Origin: Bdellovibrionales bacterium
Lineage (GTDB): Bacteria > Bdellovibrionota > Bdellovibrionia > Bdellovibrionales > JAUICD01
Assembly (NCBI GenBank): GCA_965197425.1
Contig: CBDANC010000015.1
Span: 1 to 64,000 of the forward strand
DNA length: 64,000 nucleotides
Direction of reading: 5' to 3'
The notes under the pieces are model-generated. The model worked only from the letters and a program-made list of their open reading frames with translations, ran no database searches and was not told the origin of the DNA. The number at the start of each line of letters is the position of its first letter. Position 1 is the stretch's first letter. Positions 34,149-42,814 of this stretch are shown piece after piece. A program made the position numbers and the translations under genes.

Positions 34149-35401
34149 GTTCGAAATCCCTCAACAGGATCTAATTTTGCTCCCTTTATTGCTGGCAGTA
34201 TAGTAGATACAAAACAGATAAGCAAAGTTGACAAAACTATAATAAACATATCAAAAATCTCAACATCCACTGGAAGACCGCTAAATTGATAAATATTCGC
34301 TGGAACCTCTATTATCTGAAGATGTTTTACCATCATACATAAAATAAAACCCAAAACAATCCCGGCAAAAGATCCTATTACACCAATCAATAAACCTTGA
34401 CTTATAAATAACTTTATCAAAAAACGATCTGAAGCTCCTAAGGTCTTTAAAATACTAATGTCATAAAATCTCTTAATCACATAGACAAAAAGAGTGCTAC
34501 ACACATTAAAGCATGCAACCAATATGATAAAAGACAGTATTACAAACACAGCCCACTTTTCTAATTCTAATGAAGAAAAGAAATTATAGTTCATGTTAAA
34601 CCAATTTTGCATGTGATATTCAAACCCCAACTTCTCCTGGAGTCTATACTCTAAATTAACAGCAACATCAGCATCATTTAATAAGAGTTTAATGCCAGAA
34701 TACACACGGCCTAAACCCAACATTTCCTGTGCAGCAGCATCTTCAATAAACACAATTCGTTCATTATAATCGTACTTGCCTAAATCAAGTACTCCAGATA
34801 CATAAAAATCCTTAGACTGAGGAGCAAAAGAACCTTCCATTACACTGTCTTTTGTTCTAGGAACAACAATTTGAAACTTGTCTCCCACATTTAGATTTAA
34901 CTTTTCACTCAGAACACTACCAATCATAGCTTGACTCTGATTATTCTTAGAAAATAAAAATTCTCCTGTAATAATCCTTTCATCTAAATTAAGGGTGCTT
35001 TGATAGGTGTTTTTGTCTAATCCATTTACCAAAATACCACCTATATCACCTTTATTTATAGCCAATGCCTCCATTGTTATAAATGGACTCGTATGTTTAA
35101 GCTCAGGAACAGAGCTTTTAATGATATCTTCTTCCTGCTTAGTTATGTTTCCATAGATAATAAAATGTCCATTAATATCTATAACAGATTGTTTAATTAC
35201 ATGTTCTACACCATTCATTATAGACATAGCTAACATTAAACAAGCAACGCCGACTATAATGCCTAAAACTCCAAACCCAGATGTCCAAGTTACAAACTTA
35301 CCACCACCTCTTAGATACTTTAAAATCATCCATATACTTAGAGGTTTTTTTAACAATCTCTTTTTTATGCTTTTCATAAACTCTATGCCACGACTTTTCA
35401 T
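34145..35401 (-). CDS. Lipoprotein-release ABC permease (LolC/E/F)
   Basis: FtsX-type four-TM layout, ISILKTLGA and LDPVE; adjacent to lolD. Confidence 0.88.
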   Translation of the reverse strand: MKSRGIEFMKSIKKRLLKKPLSIWMILKYLRGGGKFVTWTSGFGVLGIIVGVACLMLAMSIMNGVEHVIKQSVIDINGHFIIYGNITKQEEDIIKSSVPELKHTSPFITMEALAINKGDIGGILVNGLDKNTYQSTLNLDERIITGEFLFSKNNQSQAMIGSVLSEKLNLNVGDKFQIVVPRTKDSVMEGSFAPQSKDFYVSGVLDLGKYDYNERIVFIEDAAAQEMLGLGRVYSGIKLLLNDADVAVNLEYRLQEKLGFEYHMQNWFNMNYNFFSSLELEKWAVFVILSFIILVACFNVCSTLFVYVIKRFYDISILKTLGASDRFLIKLFISQGLLIGVIGSFAGIVLGFILCMMVKHLQIIEVPANIYQFSGLPVDVEIFDMFIIVLSTLLICFVSTILPAIKGAKLDPVEGFRT

Positions 35402-35412
35402 ACAACCACCAT

Positions 35413-36520
35413 CTATTTCAAACTTAAATATCCATGTATGAACGCTTCAATATCTCCATCCATCACTTTTTCTACATTCGAAACTTCAATCTTAGTTCGG
35501 TGATCTTTTGCGAGTCTATATGGATGCATGATATAAGATCTTATTTGACTGCCCCACTCATTTGCCTTCTTAGTTGCATTTAGTTCTTCTTTTTGTGCTT
35601 CCTTCTTGCCCCGTTCATTCTCATATAATGCTGATCTTAGCATTTTCATAGCTCTTTTTTTATTTGCATGTTGAGATCTTTCTCTCTGACAACTTACAAC
35701 CAAACCTGTAGGAACATGCGTAATTCTTATGGCAGAGTCTGTTTTATTTACATGTTGCCCACCAGCACCACTTGCTCTAAATGTATCTATTTTTAGATCT
35801 TCATTTTTAATATCAATATCTATGCTGTCATCAATATCAGGAGTGGCAAAAACTGCAGCAAAAGAAGTATGTCTTCTTGCATTTGAATCAAATGGGCTTA
35901 TCCTGACAAGTCTATGTACTCCATTTTCGCACTTCAAATATCCATAAGCGTTCTCACCCTTAATTTGAATGATAACGCTCTTAATGCCAGCTTCATCACC
36001 ATAATTTATGTCCATTACATTGAAATTGAACTTCATCCTCTCCGCCCACCTAGAATATAGACGCATCAACATCTGTGCCCAATCACATGCTTCAGTTCCT
36101 CCTGCTCCAGATTTTATGGTTAAATAAGCGTCACTTACATCTAACTCTCCTTTTAAAAGAGCTTTCAGCTCGAGTGTTTTTATTTGATTTGAAGCATTGG
36201 ATATCTCTTGTTTTAACTCTAAAAAAAGATCTTCGTCAGATTCCTCAATACATATATCAAGCATTGTTTTTATATCTTGGATGTTAGCGTCTAACTTATT
36301 AAAAACCTCTAAAATCTTTTCCAAAGAAGAAATTTCAGAGTTTATTTTATTGAGCCTGGAATGATCAGACCAGAGGCTAGAATCTTTTGTGGATTCTTTT
36401 AATTTTCGCAAATTATCTGTTTTTGAATCGACCTCAAAGATACCCCCTTAACTTATTTATGTCTGAGGCTAGCTTTGTAACTTTGGAACTTACTAAATGT
36501 ACTTCTTCTTGTATTGACAT
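35413..36520 (-). CDS. prfB: Peptide chain release factor 2 with programmed +1 frameshift
   Basis: ATG 36520 gives 28 codons ending ...RGYL-TGA; the +1 frame continues EVDSKTDNLRK into the SPF and GGQ-containing ORF. Confidence 0.96.
36433..36448 (-). promoter_or_regulatory. prfB frameshift cassette AGGGGG-TAT-CTT-TGA-G
   Basis: Internal SD-like sequence followed by the CTT-TGA slippery stop. Confidence 0.93.
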
Positions 36521-36552
36521 AGATACCTACAAAAATTCTAACACAAGACTAG

Positions 36553-37356
36553 CTATTCACTAGGATTCTTTATGGATTGTCTTACAATGTCATGTACATA
36601 CATATCAGCCTTGGAACCGCCTAAAAGAGTCTTAATCCTAGAATGAATAGCTGGGTCATTTATAATCGCTCCTAAAGTACCCTGACCTCTTTCAATTTTG
36701 TTAATTACACTAGACAGATCGGCTAACAGGTTTTTTAACTCATCTTTCGTTGTGCCATCCAAAATTTTATTTATATTAGCCAGCAAGGTTTTTAATTCCA
36801 TAGTTACTTCTTCAAGGCTATTTAATATGTTGTCATCTTCTTCTTCTGAACCAATTTTTTCTAATAAAACTTTTATATTAGTCAATATGTCCGACAACTT
36901 ATCCAGAGGAGAGTTGTCGTCTGACAGGGCTGCTAAAATACCAGTAGGGGCGCCTAATTCTATGAAATCTTCATCCTTTAAAAGCTCACCGTGATTGTCT
37001 CCAGGTCTTATTAAAACAAACATATCACCTAACGCCCCTTGAGATTTGATATATGCCTTAGAGTCTACAGGTATCATAGATTGAAATTCTTCATATATAT
37101 TTAAAATAACCAGTACTTCATTGCTTTTTTCTGGTATCAGTTTAATTTTTTTTACATTACCAATAGGTACTCCCAACAGTTGAATCACACTTCCAGGACC
37201 AAGTCCTTCCACTGATCTTGCTTTCAAGTTGATCTGATACCTGTCTCTGAAAAAACTTACTCCACCATCTTCCAGTGACAGCAGAGCTATAATACAAATA
37301 ACGATTGCTGATGTGACAAATATACCAACCTGTATTTCTATACTTCTTTTATTCAT
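36553..37356 (-). CDS. mlaD: MlaD/MCE family protein
   Basis: N-terminal TM helix, GLGPGSVIQLLGVPIGNV and GALGD; in an operon with mlaE/F. Confidence 0.88.
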   Translation of the reverse strand: MNKRSIEIQVGIFVTSAIVICIIALLSLEDGGVSFFRDRYQINLKARSVEGLGPGSVIQLLGVPIGNVKKIKLIPEKSNEVLVILNIYEEFQSMIPVDSKAYIKSQGALGDMFVLIRPGDNHGELLKDEDFIELGAPTGILAALSDDNSPLDKLSDILTNIKVLLEKIGSEEEDDNILNSLEEVTMELKTLLANINKILDGTTKDELKNLLADLSSVINKIERGQGTLGAIINDPAIHSRIKTLLGGSKADMYVHDIVRQSIKNPSE

Positions 37357-38113
37357 AAACTTTCTCCGAAAGAATTTCACCCTCTGTGAATTGCTTAATC
37401 ATACTGTTTTCTTTATTTCTAAACTCCTCTTTGGTGCCTATTTCACCTATCTTGCCTTTATATAGAATTGCTATTCTATCACATACTGCATAGACGGTGG
37501 GTATATCGTGTGTAACCAAGATAGACGTTATACCAATTTTTTTTAACTGCAAGATCATTTTTCTAATTTTTAATGTGTTAAACGGATCAAGCCCAGCAGT
37601 TGGTTCATCATATAAAATTACTTCAGGCTCCAATATTATGGCTCTCGCTAAACCAAGTCTTTTCTGCATACCTCCAGATAGCTCAGAAGGTAAAAGCTTT
37701 GCGCTCTCTTGAAGGCCAAACATACTCAAAGTTTCAAATATTTTTTTTGATATTTCATGCTCACTTAACTTTGAATGTTCTCTTAGTGGGTATGCTAAGT
37801 TATCGAATACACTCATTGAATCAAACAGCGCGCCTCCCTGGAATGCATATGCAACTTTTTTCCTAACATCCACCAATTGGCGCTCTTCTAATTTGGTAAT
37901 CTCTTCTCCATTTATTTTTACACTTCCGGAATCGGGCATTTCTAGCCCTATTATACCCCTAAGTATTATGCTTTTTCCGGCACCACTACCTCCTATCAAA
38001 CCAAGACATTCTCCTTTTTGTACATCAAAACTAACATCCGTATGTATTGTTTTTTCGCCAAAACTTTTGGCAAAACTTTTAACTTCTATAATAACCATTT
38101 TTCTATTATCCAA
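37349..38113 (-). CDS. mlaF: MlaF family ABC ATPase
   Basis: FQGGALFDSM, LSGGMQKR and YDEPTAGLDP motifs. Confidence 0.9.
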   Translation of the reverse strand: MDNRKMVIIEVKSFAKSFGEKTIHTDVSFDVQKGECLGLIGGSGAGKSIILRGIIGLEMPDSGSVKINGEEITKLEERQLVDVRKKVAYAFQGGALFDSMSVFDNLAYPLREHSKLSEHEISKKIFETLSMFGLQESAKLLPSELSGGMQKRLGLARAIILEPEVILYDEPTAGLDPFNTLKIRKMILQLKKIGITSILVTHDIPTVYAVCDRIAILYKGKIGEIGTKEEFRNKENSMIKQFTEGEILSEKVYE

Positions 38114-38877
38114 AATACTTTACTTATGAAAAAATCACTTATTACTATCATTATAGATGACACAACAACAGAATGTCTGGTTGCCATGCCGACAGCCTTC
38201 GTTCCACCTTTGGCACTAAGACCGTAGTGACAAGCTATAATTGAAATGAAAAATGCAAACACAAATGGTTTGGCAAAACCACTCATAAAATCTATAAAAA
38301 ATACAGATTGATATACTTTCAAAAGAAAGAACCCAACATCAACATTCAACTCTACACTAGCAACCAACGCTGCTCCAAATAAACCAATAAAATTTGCAAT
38401 TAAAACCAATGCAGGCAAAGCTATCAAACAAGCTATAACTCTAGGAATAACTATTTTTTTTATTGGAGATGTGCCTAAAGCCCTAATAGCATCAACCTGT
38501 TGAGTTACAGACATAGAAGCAACTTCTGAAGCTATACCAGCTCCAACTCTTGCTGCAAACATGAGGCTAGTAAGCACAGGGCCCATCTCTTTTACTATAG
38601 CTAAGGACACCATTCTAGGAACATAGAGCTTCATACCGAATTTTTCTAACCCTAAACCAAACTGAAGTGAGATAACCATACCTATACTAAGTGCGGTTAC
38701 AACTATTAAACCCAAAGACCTGATACCTACATGGTTTAGGTGGTGTATAATAAGTCCGGGATAGTAAGGAGGCCTCACGCACTCTTTTGCTGATTGAATT
38801 AACAAAAGCCAAGATCCGCCAACAAATCTGATTTGTGTTATTAAAAAGGAACCTATGGACTGTGCTAATGCACTCAT
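38086..38877 (-). CDS. mlaE: MlaE family permease
   Basis: EMGPVLT, QVDAIRALG and GGTKAVG motifs. Confidence 0.92.
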   Translation of the reverse strand: MSALAQSIGSFLITQIRFVGGSWLLLIQSAKECVRPPYYPGLIIHHLNHVGIRSLGLIVVTALSIGMVISLQFGLGLEKFGMKLYVPRMVSLAIVKEMGPVLTSLMFAARVGAGIASEVASMSVTQQVDAIRALGTSPIKKIVIPRVIACLIALPALVLIANFIGLFGAALVASVELNVDVGFFLLKVYQSVFFIDFMSGFAKPFVFAFFISIIACHYGLSAKGGTKAVGMATRHSVVVSSIMIVISDFFISKVFWIIEKWLL

Positions 38878-39369
38878 TTATTCCACCCTAAAGCTTTCTA
38901 TAAAATCATCAAACACACCCTTAGCTTGAGAGATTTTGTCTGGGTGCCCTACCAACATAATGTTGTAGTGACAATAGCCTTTTGCAAATACCATCATATC
39001 TATTTGCCGTTTTATGCTGTCTATCTTTGATAAAAAATCGGCTCGTATAGCAAGGCTGTTGTTATATCTAAATTTGGTTTTTTCTGCATCCTCTATTGTC
39101 AATAATCCGGCAACATATTTGTCAAATACAACCTCCACATCTGGAGCTGGTTCATTACTACACTCTGTATGATATGAGATAATATTGTCATTAGAATCTT
39201 TCCAGGATCTGTCAGCAAAATTTGATTTAATCCAATTAAAACCAACTGGCTTTAGATAACTCACTTGTTTTGAGCTCTTTATTTTGTTTGGATCCAACCT
39301 TACAGATATGCAACCTGTAGCAAGGCTTAAAAAAATTAGCAAAAAAAATCTCATTTTTAACTTATTCAA
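38878..39369 (-). CDS. Lipoprotein of unknown function at the head of the mla operon
   Basis: Lipobox ATGC; abuts mlaE; probable start at MRFF. Confidence 0.65.
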   Translation of the reverse strand: MNKLKMRFFLLIFLSLATGCISVRLDPNKIKSSKQVSYLKPVGFNWIKSNFADRSWKDSNDNIISYHTECSNEPAPDVEVVFDKYVAGLLTIEDAEKTKFRYNNSLAIRADFLSKIDSIKRQIDMMVFAKGYCHYNIMLVGHPDKISQAKGVFDDFIESFRVE

Positions 39370-39384
39370 GACGGGAATCTTGGA

Positions 39385-39429
39385 TCAAAACCCCTTTAAT
39401 TTAAGGCTAGTTAGATTTCTTCTACTCAT
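39385..39429 (-). CDS. Candidate 14-aa micropeptide MSRRNLTSLKLKGF
   Basis: GGAGG 5 nt before the ATG in an otherwise AT-rich spacer. Confidence 0.35.
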   Translation of the reverse strand: MSRRNLTSLKLKGF

Positions 39430-39606
39430 AAGCACCTCCACTAGATAAGAAAATAAAATCAAAATAAACTATCTAGGTCAACAAAACTACCGCATTTTAG
39501 CCATTGTTGACTCATATCGCTTGTCAACTTAAGCCCTATCGGCAACTTATGCTCTATTTTCTATAGTAAGTAGGAAAAAAACAACAGTTATTATTTTTAT
39601 TGAGCT

Positions 39607-40410
39607 TTATCGGTTATTCCTATAGCAACTGCTGTCTGATAGAAACATATTACCTCTTGCTATTTGTTGGTTGGCAAATGAAACAGTAAAACTAGCATTG
39701 TTGCAATCTTCAAGATCTTCTGGAGAACCATTTACCCTAATTTTTAAATTGGTATGTCTTTCTGAAAAAAGATCATATATTATCTCAAATTCTCTATCCT
39801 CATTTACTCTTGTAAACCTTCCCTCTTGTATAACCCAAGGCTCTAGCTGACCTAATTGTGTTAATTGTTTATGCCATACATATGCATCTGCTTCTGCATA
39901 TGAATCTTGTTGAGGATTGTAATCTAAGAATACATTAAAGCCTAATCTAAGATTTTCTACAGCACTACCACAAGAGTGGCTGCCAATAACAAGCTGCGCA
40001 TGCAACCCACTCCATCTGGAGTTTGCACATACTCCTAACAATTCTAAAAAGTTATTAAATACATCTTTATTTGTAATCCTGAGAGTTTCTCTACCACTAG
40101 GGTTTGCGGTTGTTAACTGCATGCCATTCCAACTGCTGCCAGTGTACCTACCATCTTCACATTTATATCTGTGTTGGTTTGATCCAGGATAATTATAGTC
40201 TAGATCACCCAACATATTTGGATCTGAAGTGGCAGCATAATCCTGTGAGTGCTGTCTGCCGTAGTCTTCGCAATATTTGCCGCCATGAAATGGACCTGCA
40301 TACTTACTTCCCTTCCTACCGCAATTAGTTACACTCATAGCAATAATCGCCACGCCGACTATTATGTAGGTTATGTTCCACTTATTTTGTCTTATCTTCT
40401 TAAGATTCAT
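39607..40410 (-). CDS. Cys-containing putative lipoprotein of unknown function
   Basis: Basic N-terminus, hydrophobic stretch, then VTNC; 267-aa ORF. Confidence 0.65.
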   Translation of the reverse strand: MNLKKIRQNKWNITYIIVGVAIIAMSVTNCGRKGSKYAGPFHGGKYCEDYGRQHSQDYAATSDPNMLGDLDYNYPGSNQHRYKCEDGRYTGSSWNGMQLTTANPSGRETLRITNKDVFNNFLELLGVCANSRWSGLHAQLVIGSHSCGSAVENLRLGFNVFLDYNPQQDSYAEADAYVWHKQLTQLGQLEPWVIQEGRFTRVNEDREFEIIYDLFSERHTNLKIRVNGSPEDLEDCNNASFTVSFANQQIARGNMFLSDSSCYRNNR

Positions 40411-40472
40411 TAGGCCCCTAATCGGAGTACCCTGGTGATAAATTTAGGGTAAAACTAGGATTCAGGCCTTTT

Positions 40473-41192
40473 TTATAGGTTGGACTTAGTGTTTGAAAAA
40501 AGAGGTCTAAGCGAATAGAACCCAAAAATAACAAGCATAATGCTAATAAAGGTAGATATCGGATAGTGCCCTCTAAAATCTCCCCTCAAACTTTCTAATA
40601 AGATCCTAGATATGCCATATAAAATCAAATATACAAAAAATCTTTTTTTATAAAATAACCCATGTCTTTCTAAATAAAGAATCATTGCTGTTATCAAAAA
40701 CCCTAAAAAGGAAGAATATAGTTGTGTAGGATGAGATGTAATGCCACTTAATCCAATAGACTTAAAAAAATTAGTATTTTCTCCAAAGCAACATCCTGCT
40801 AAAAAACATCCAATCCTGCCCAAGGCATAGCCCAGAGGTATAACAGGTGCAAGTAAATCTAAAAAATCCGAGATATTTTGTTTCTTAAAAGTTAAAAATA
40901 AAAAACCAAATAAAAATGCAAATATAAATCCCCCATAAAACACAAAACCACCCTGATGCAATTTAATAATGTTAATGGGGTTTTCTATATAATACTTAGG
41001 ATACTCTACTATTACATGAAATAACCTTCCGCCCACAAGCCCAGAGATCATTAAAATTAAACATAAATCCAAGGCATCTTTTAAGTTTTGCTTTTTTGAT
41101 CGAAGATAAACCCATACAATGCATATACAAAAAGACAAGGACATCACAAACAAATAAGTAGATAAATGTAATGGACTTAAAGTAGGCGCCAA
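40473..41192 (-). CDS. Prolipoprotein diacylglyceryl transferase family, divergent copy
   Basis: GGFVFYGG, GRIGCFLAGCC and HPTQLY motifs. Confidence 0.85.
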   Translation of the reverse strand: MAPTLSPLHLSTYLFVMSLSFCICIVWVYLRSKKQNLKDALDLCLILMISGLVGGRLFHVIVEYPKYYIENPINIIKLHQGGFVFYGGFIFAFLFGFLFLTFKKQNISDFLDLLAPVIPLGYALGRIGCFLAGCCFGENTNFFKSIGLSGITSHPTQLYSSFLGFLITAMILYLERHGLFYKKRFFVYLILYGISRILLESLRGDFRGHYPISTFISIMLVIFGFYSLRPLFSNTKSNL

Positions 41193-41193
41193 T

Positions 41194-42036
41194 TTATGGT
41201 ATGGACTCCTTTATTGGATTTTTTATTCTAACATACAAAAGTATTATGCCAAATATAATCATTATAGAACAAAGTATTTGACCCATACTAAAATATTCTG
41301 CAAAAAATCCAAGTTGACTATCAGGTTGTCTAAAAAATTCCATAATAAATCTAAACATTCCATATAAAATTAAATATGAAGTACACATTACACCTGTTCT
41401 CTTCCATACACCGCTTCGATTGTTTTTTGGTGCAAAACCTAAACCTATCTCCCTTTTTTCTATCAGAAGTAGAATAAAAAAGATTAAAAGTCCTTCTGTT
41501 AGAGATTGATATATTTGAGAAGGATGTCTTGGCATGTTATCTATTGCAGGGAAAATTACAGCCCACGGAACTTCTGTGACCCGACCTACAAGTTCTCCAT
41601 TAGCAAAATTTCCCAATCTTCCCCAAAAAACCCCAAAAGCTGCCGCAAGCACTATAGTATCCATTATATGAAAAAAACCAACTTTTAATTTCTTTGAAGC
41701 TACTATACAAGCAACAGTAAACCCAATAGCAGCTCCATGATAAGATAAACCCCCTTGCCAAATAGCAAACACACTTAAAGGAGATTCAATATAAGCCCAG
41801 TAGTCATACACAGTTACATAAAACAACCTGGCTCCCAAGATCATGCCAATCATTAAATAGGTTATAAGTAATTGAGATGCTTCAGGGTTTAATGCAAATC
41901 TTTTTTTTTTCCACCTTCTTACAAAAATTAGATAACCTACGAAAAACCCAAGTACATACATAAGCCCGTACCATCTTATTTGGATAACGCCCAACTTTAA
42001 AATAGCAGGATCTATATCATGTATATAGTATTGCAT
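41194..42036 (-). CDS. lgt: Prolipoprotein diacylglyceryl transferase
   Basis: IRWYGLMY, GGLSYHG, GRLGNFANGE and RHPSQ motifs. Confidence 0.95.
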   Translation of the reverse strand: MQYYIHDIDPAILKLGVIQIRWYGLMYVLGFFVGYLIFVRRWKKKRFALNPEASQLLITYLMIGMILGARLFYVTVYDYWAYIESPLSVFAIWQGGLSYHGAAIGFTVACIVASKKLKVGFFHIMDTIVLAAAFGVFWGRLGNFANGELVGRVTEVPWAVIFPAIDNMPRHPSQIYQSLTEGLLIFFILLLIEKREIGLGFAPKNNRSGVWKRTGVMCTSYLILYGMFRFIMEFFRQPDSQLGFFAEYFSMGQILCSIMIIFGIILLYVRIKNPIKESIP

Positions 42037-42136
42037 TAATAGATTGTATTCTTATTTAGATCGCATTTTCAAGAATAAATAGAAAGCAAATAAAAAGAAG
42101 CTTTAATAAATTACAAGTTGGATACTTTTGTTTTAA

Positions 42137-42685
42137 CTAAGCCTTGGCCTCTTTTTTCTTCTTGGAAGCTGCCAAAGCTTTCTTAGAATCTCTTATCATA
42201 ACTAAAATTAAAAGTGCTATCCCGCATACAATGCTTATGTCAGCTACATTAAATGCAGGCCAAGAATAATCTTTGTAATAAAAATCTAAAAAATCAATTA
42301 CATACTGAGTACCTTCTCCAGATAACTTGGCACGAACTCTATCAATATAATTTCCAATGGCCCCACCAAATATCAAGGCAAGGCTGGTTATTTGAACTCT
42401 ATCACTGTTTTCTACTGATCTGAGTACAGAGATCACAATTGCAAGTGCAACAGGAGGAATTAAAAAAAAGAAAATATCTCTGAATAATGGATGTGATTCT
42501 GATAAAAATCCGAAAGCAGCTCCAGGATTTCTAACATAAGTTATGTTAAAAAATTCAGGAATCACTTCTATTATATCCCCTACCCTTAAACGAACGTGAA
42601 TGTACATCTTTGTCAACTGATCTAAGGCACATACAAAACCGGACATAGAAACTAACAACAAATATTTAAAGTACTTAACCCTCAT
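42137..42685 (-). CDS. lspA: Lipoprotein signal peptidase II
   Basis: DQLTK, NPGAAFG, GAIGNYIDR and FNVAD motifs. Confidence 0.96.
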   Translation of the reverse strand: MRVKYFKYLLLVSMSGFVCALDQLTKMYIHVRLRVGDIIEVIPEFFNITYVRNPGAAFGFLSESHPLFRDIFFFLIPPVALAIVISVLRSVENSDRVQITSLALIFGGAIGNYIDRVRAKLSGEGTQYVIDFLDFYYKDYSWPAFNVADISIVCGIALLILVMIRDSKKALAASKKKKEAKA

Positions 42686-42814
42686 GTTTAAATTCTCATG
42701 TTTAACTTTTATGTTTAACTCTAATATAAAATCTCAACATCAACTCTGCCCCCATGAACTCTTTTTATTAAATATATTCTATCAAAATTTACACTTATTA
42801 AACTTTACATTAAT

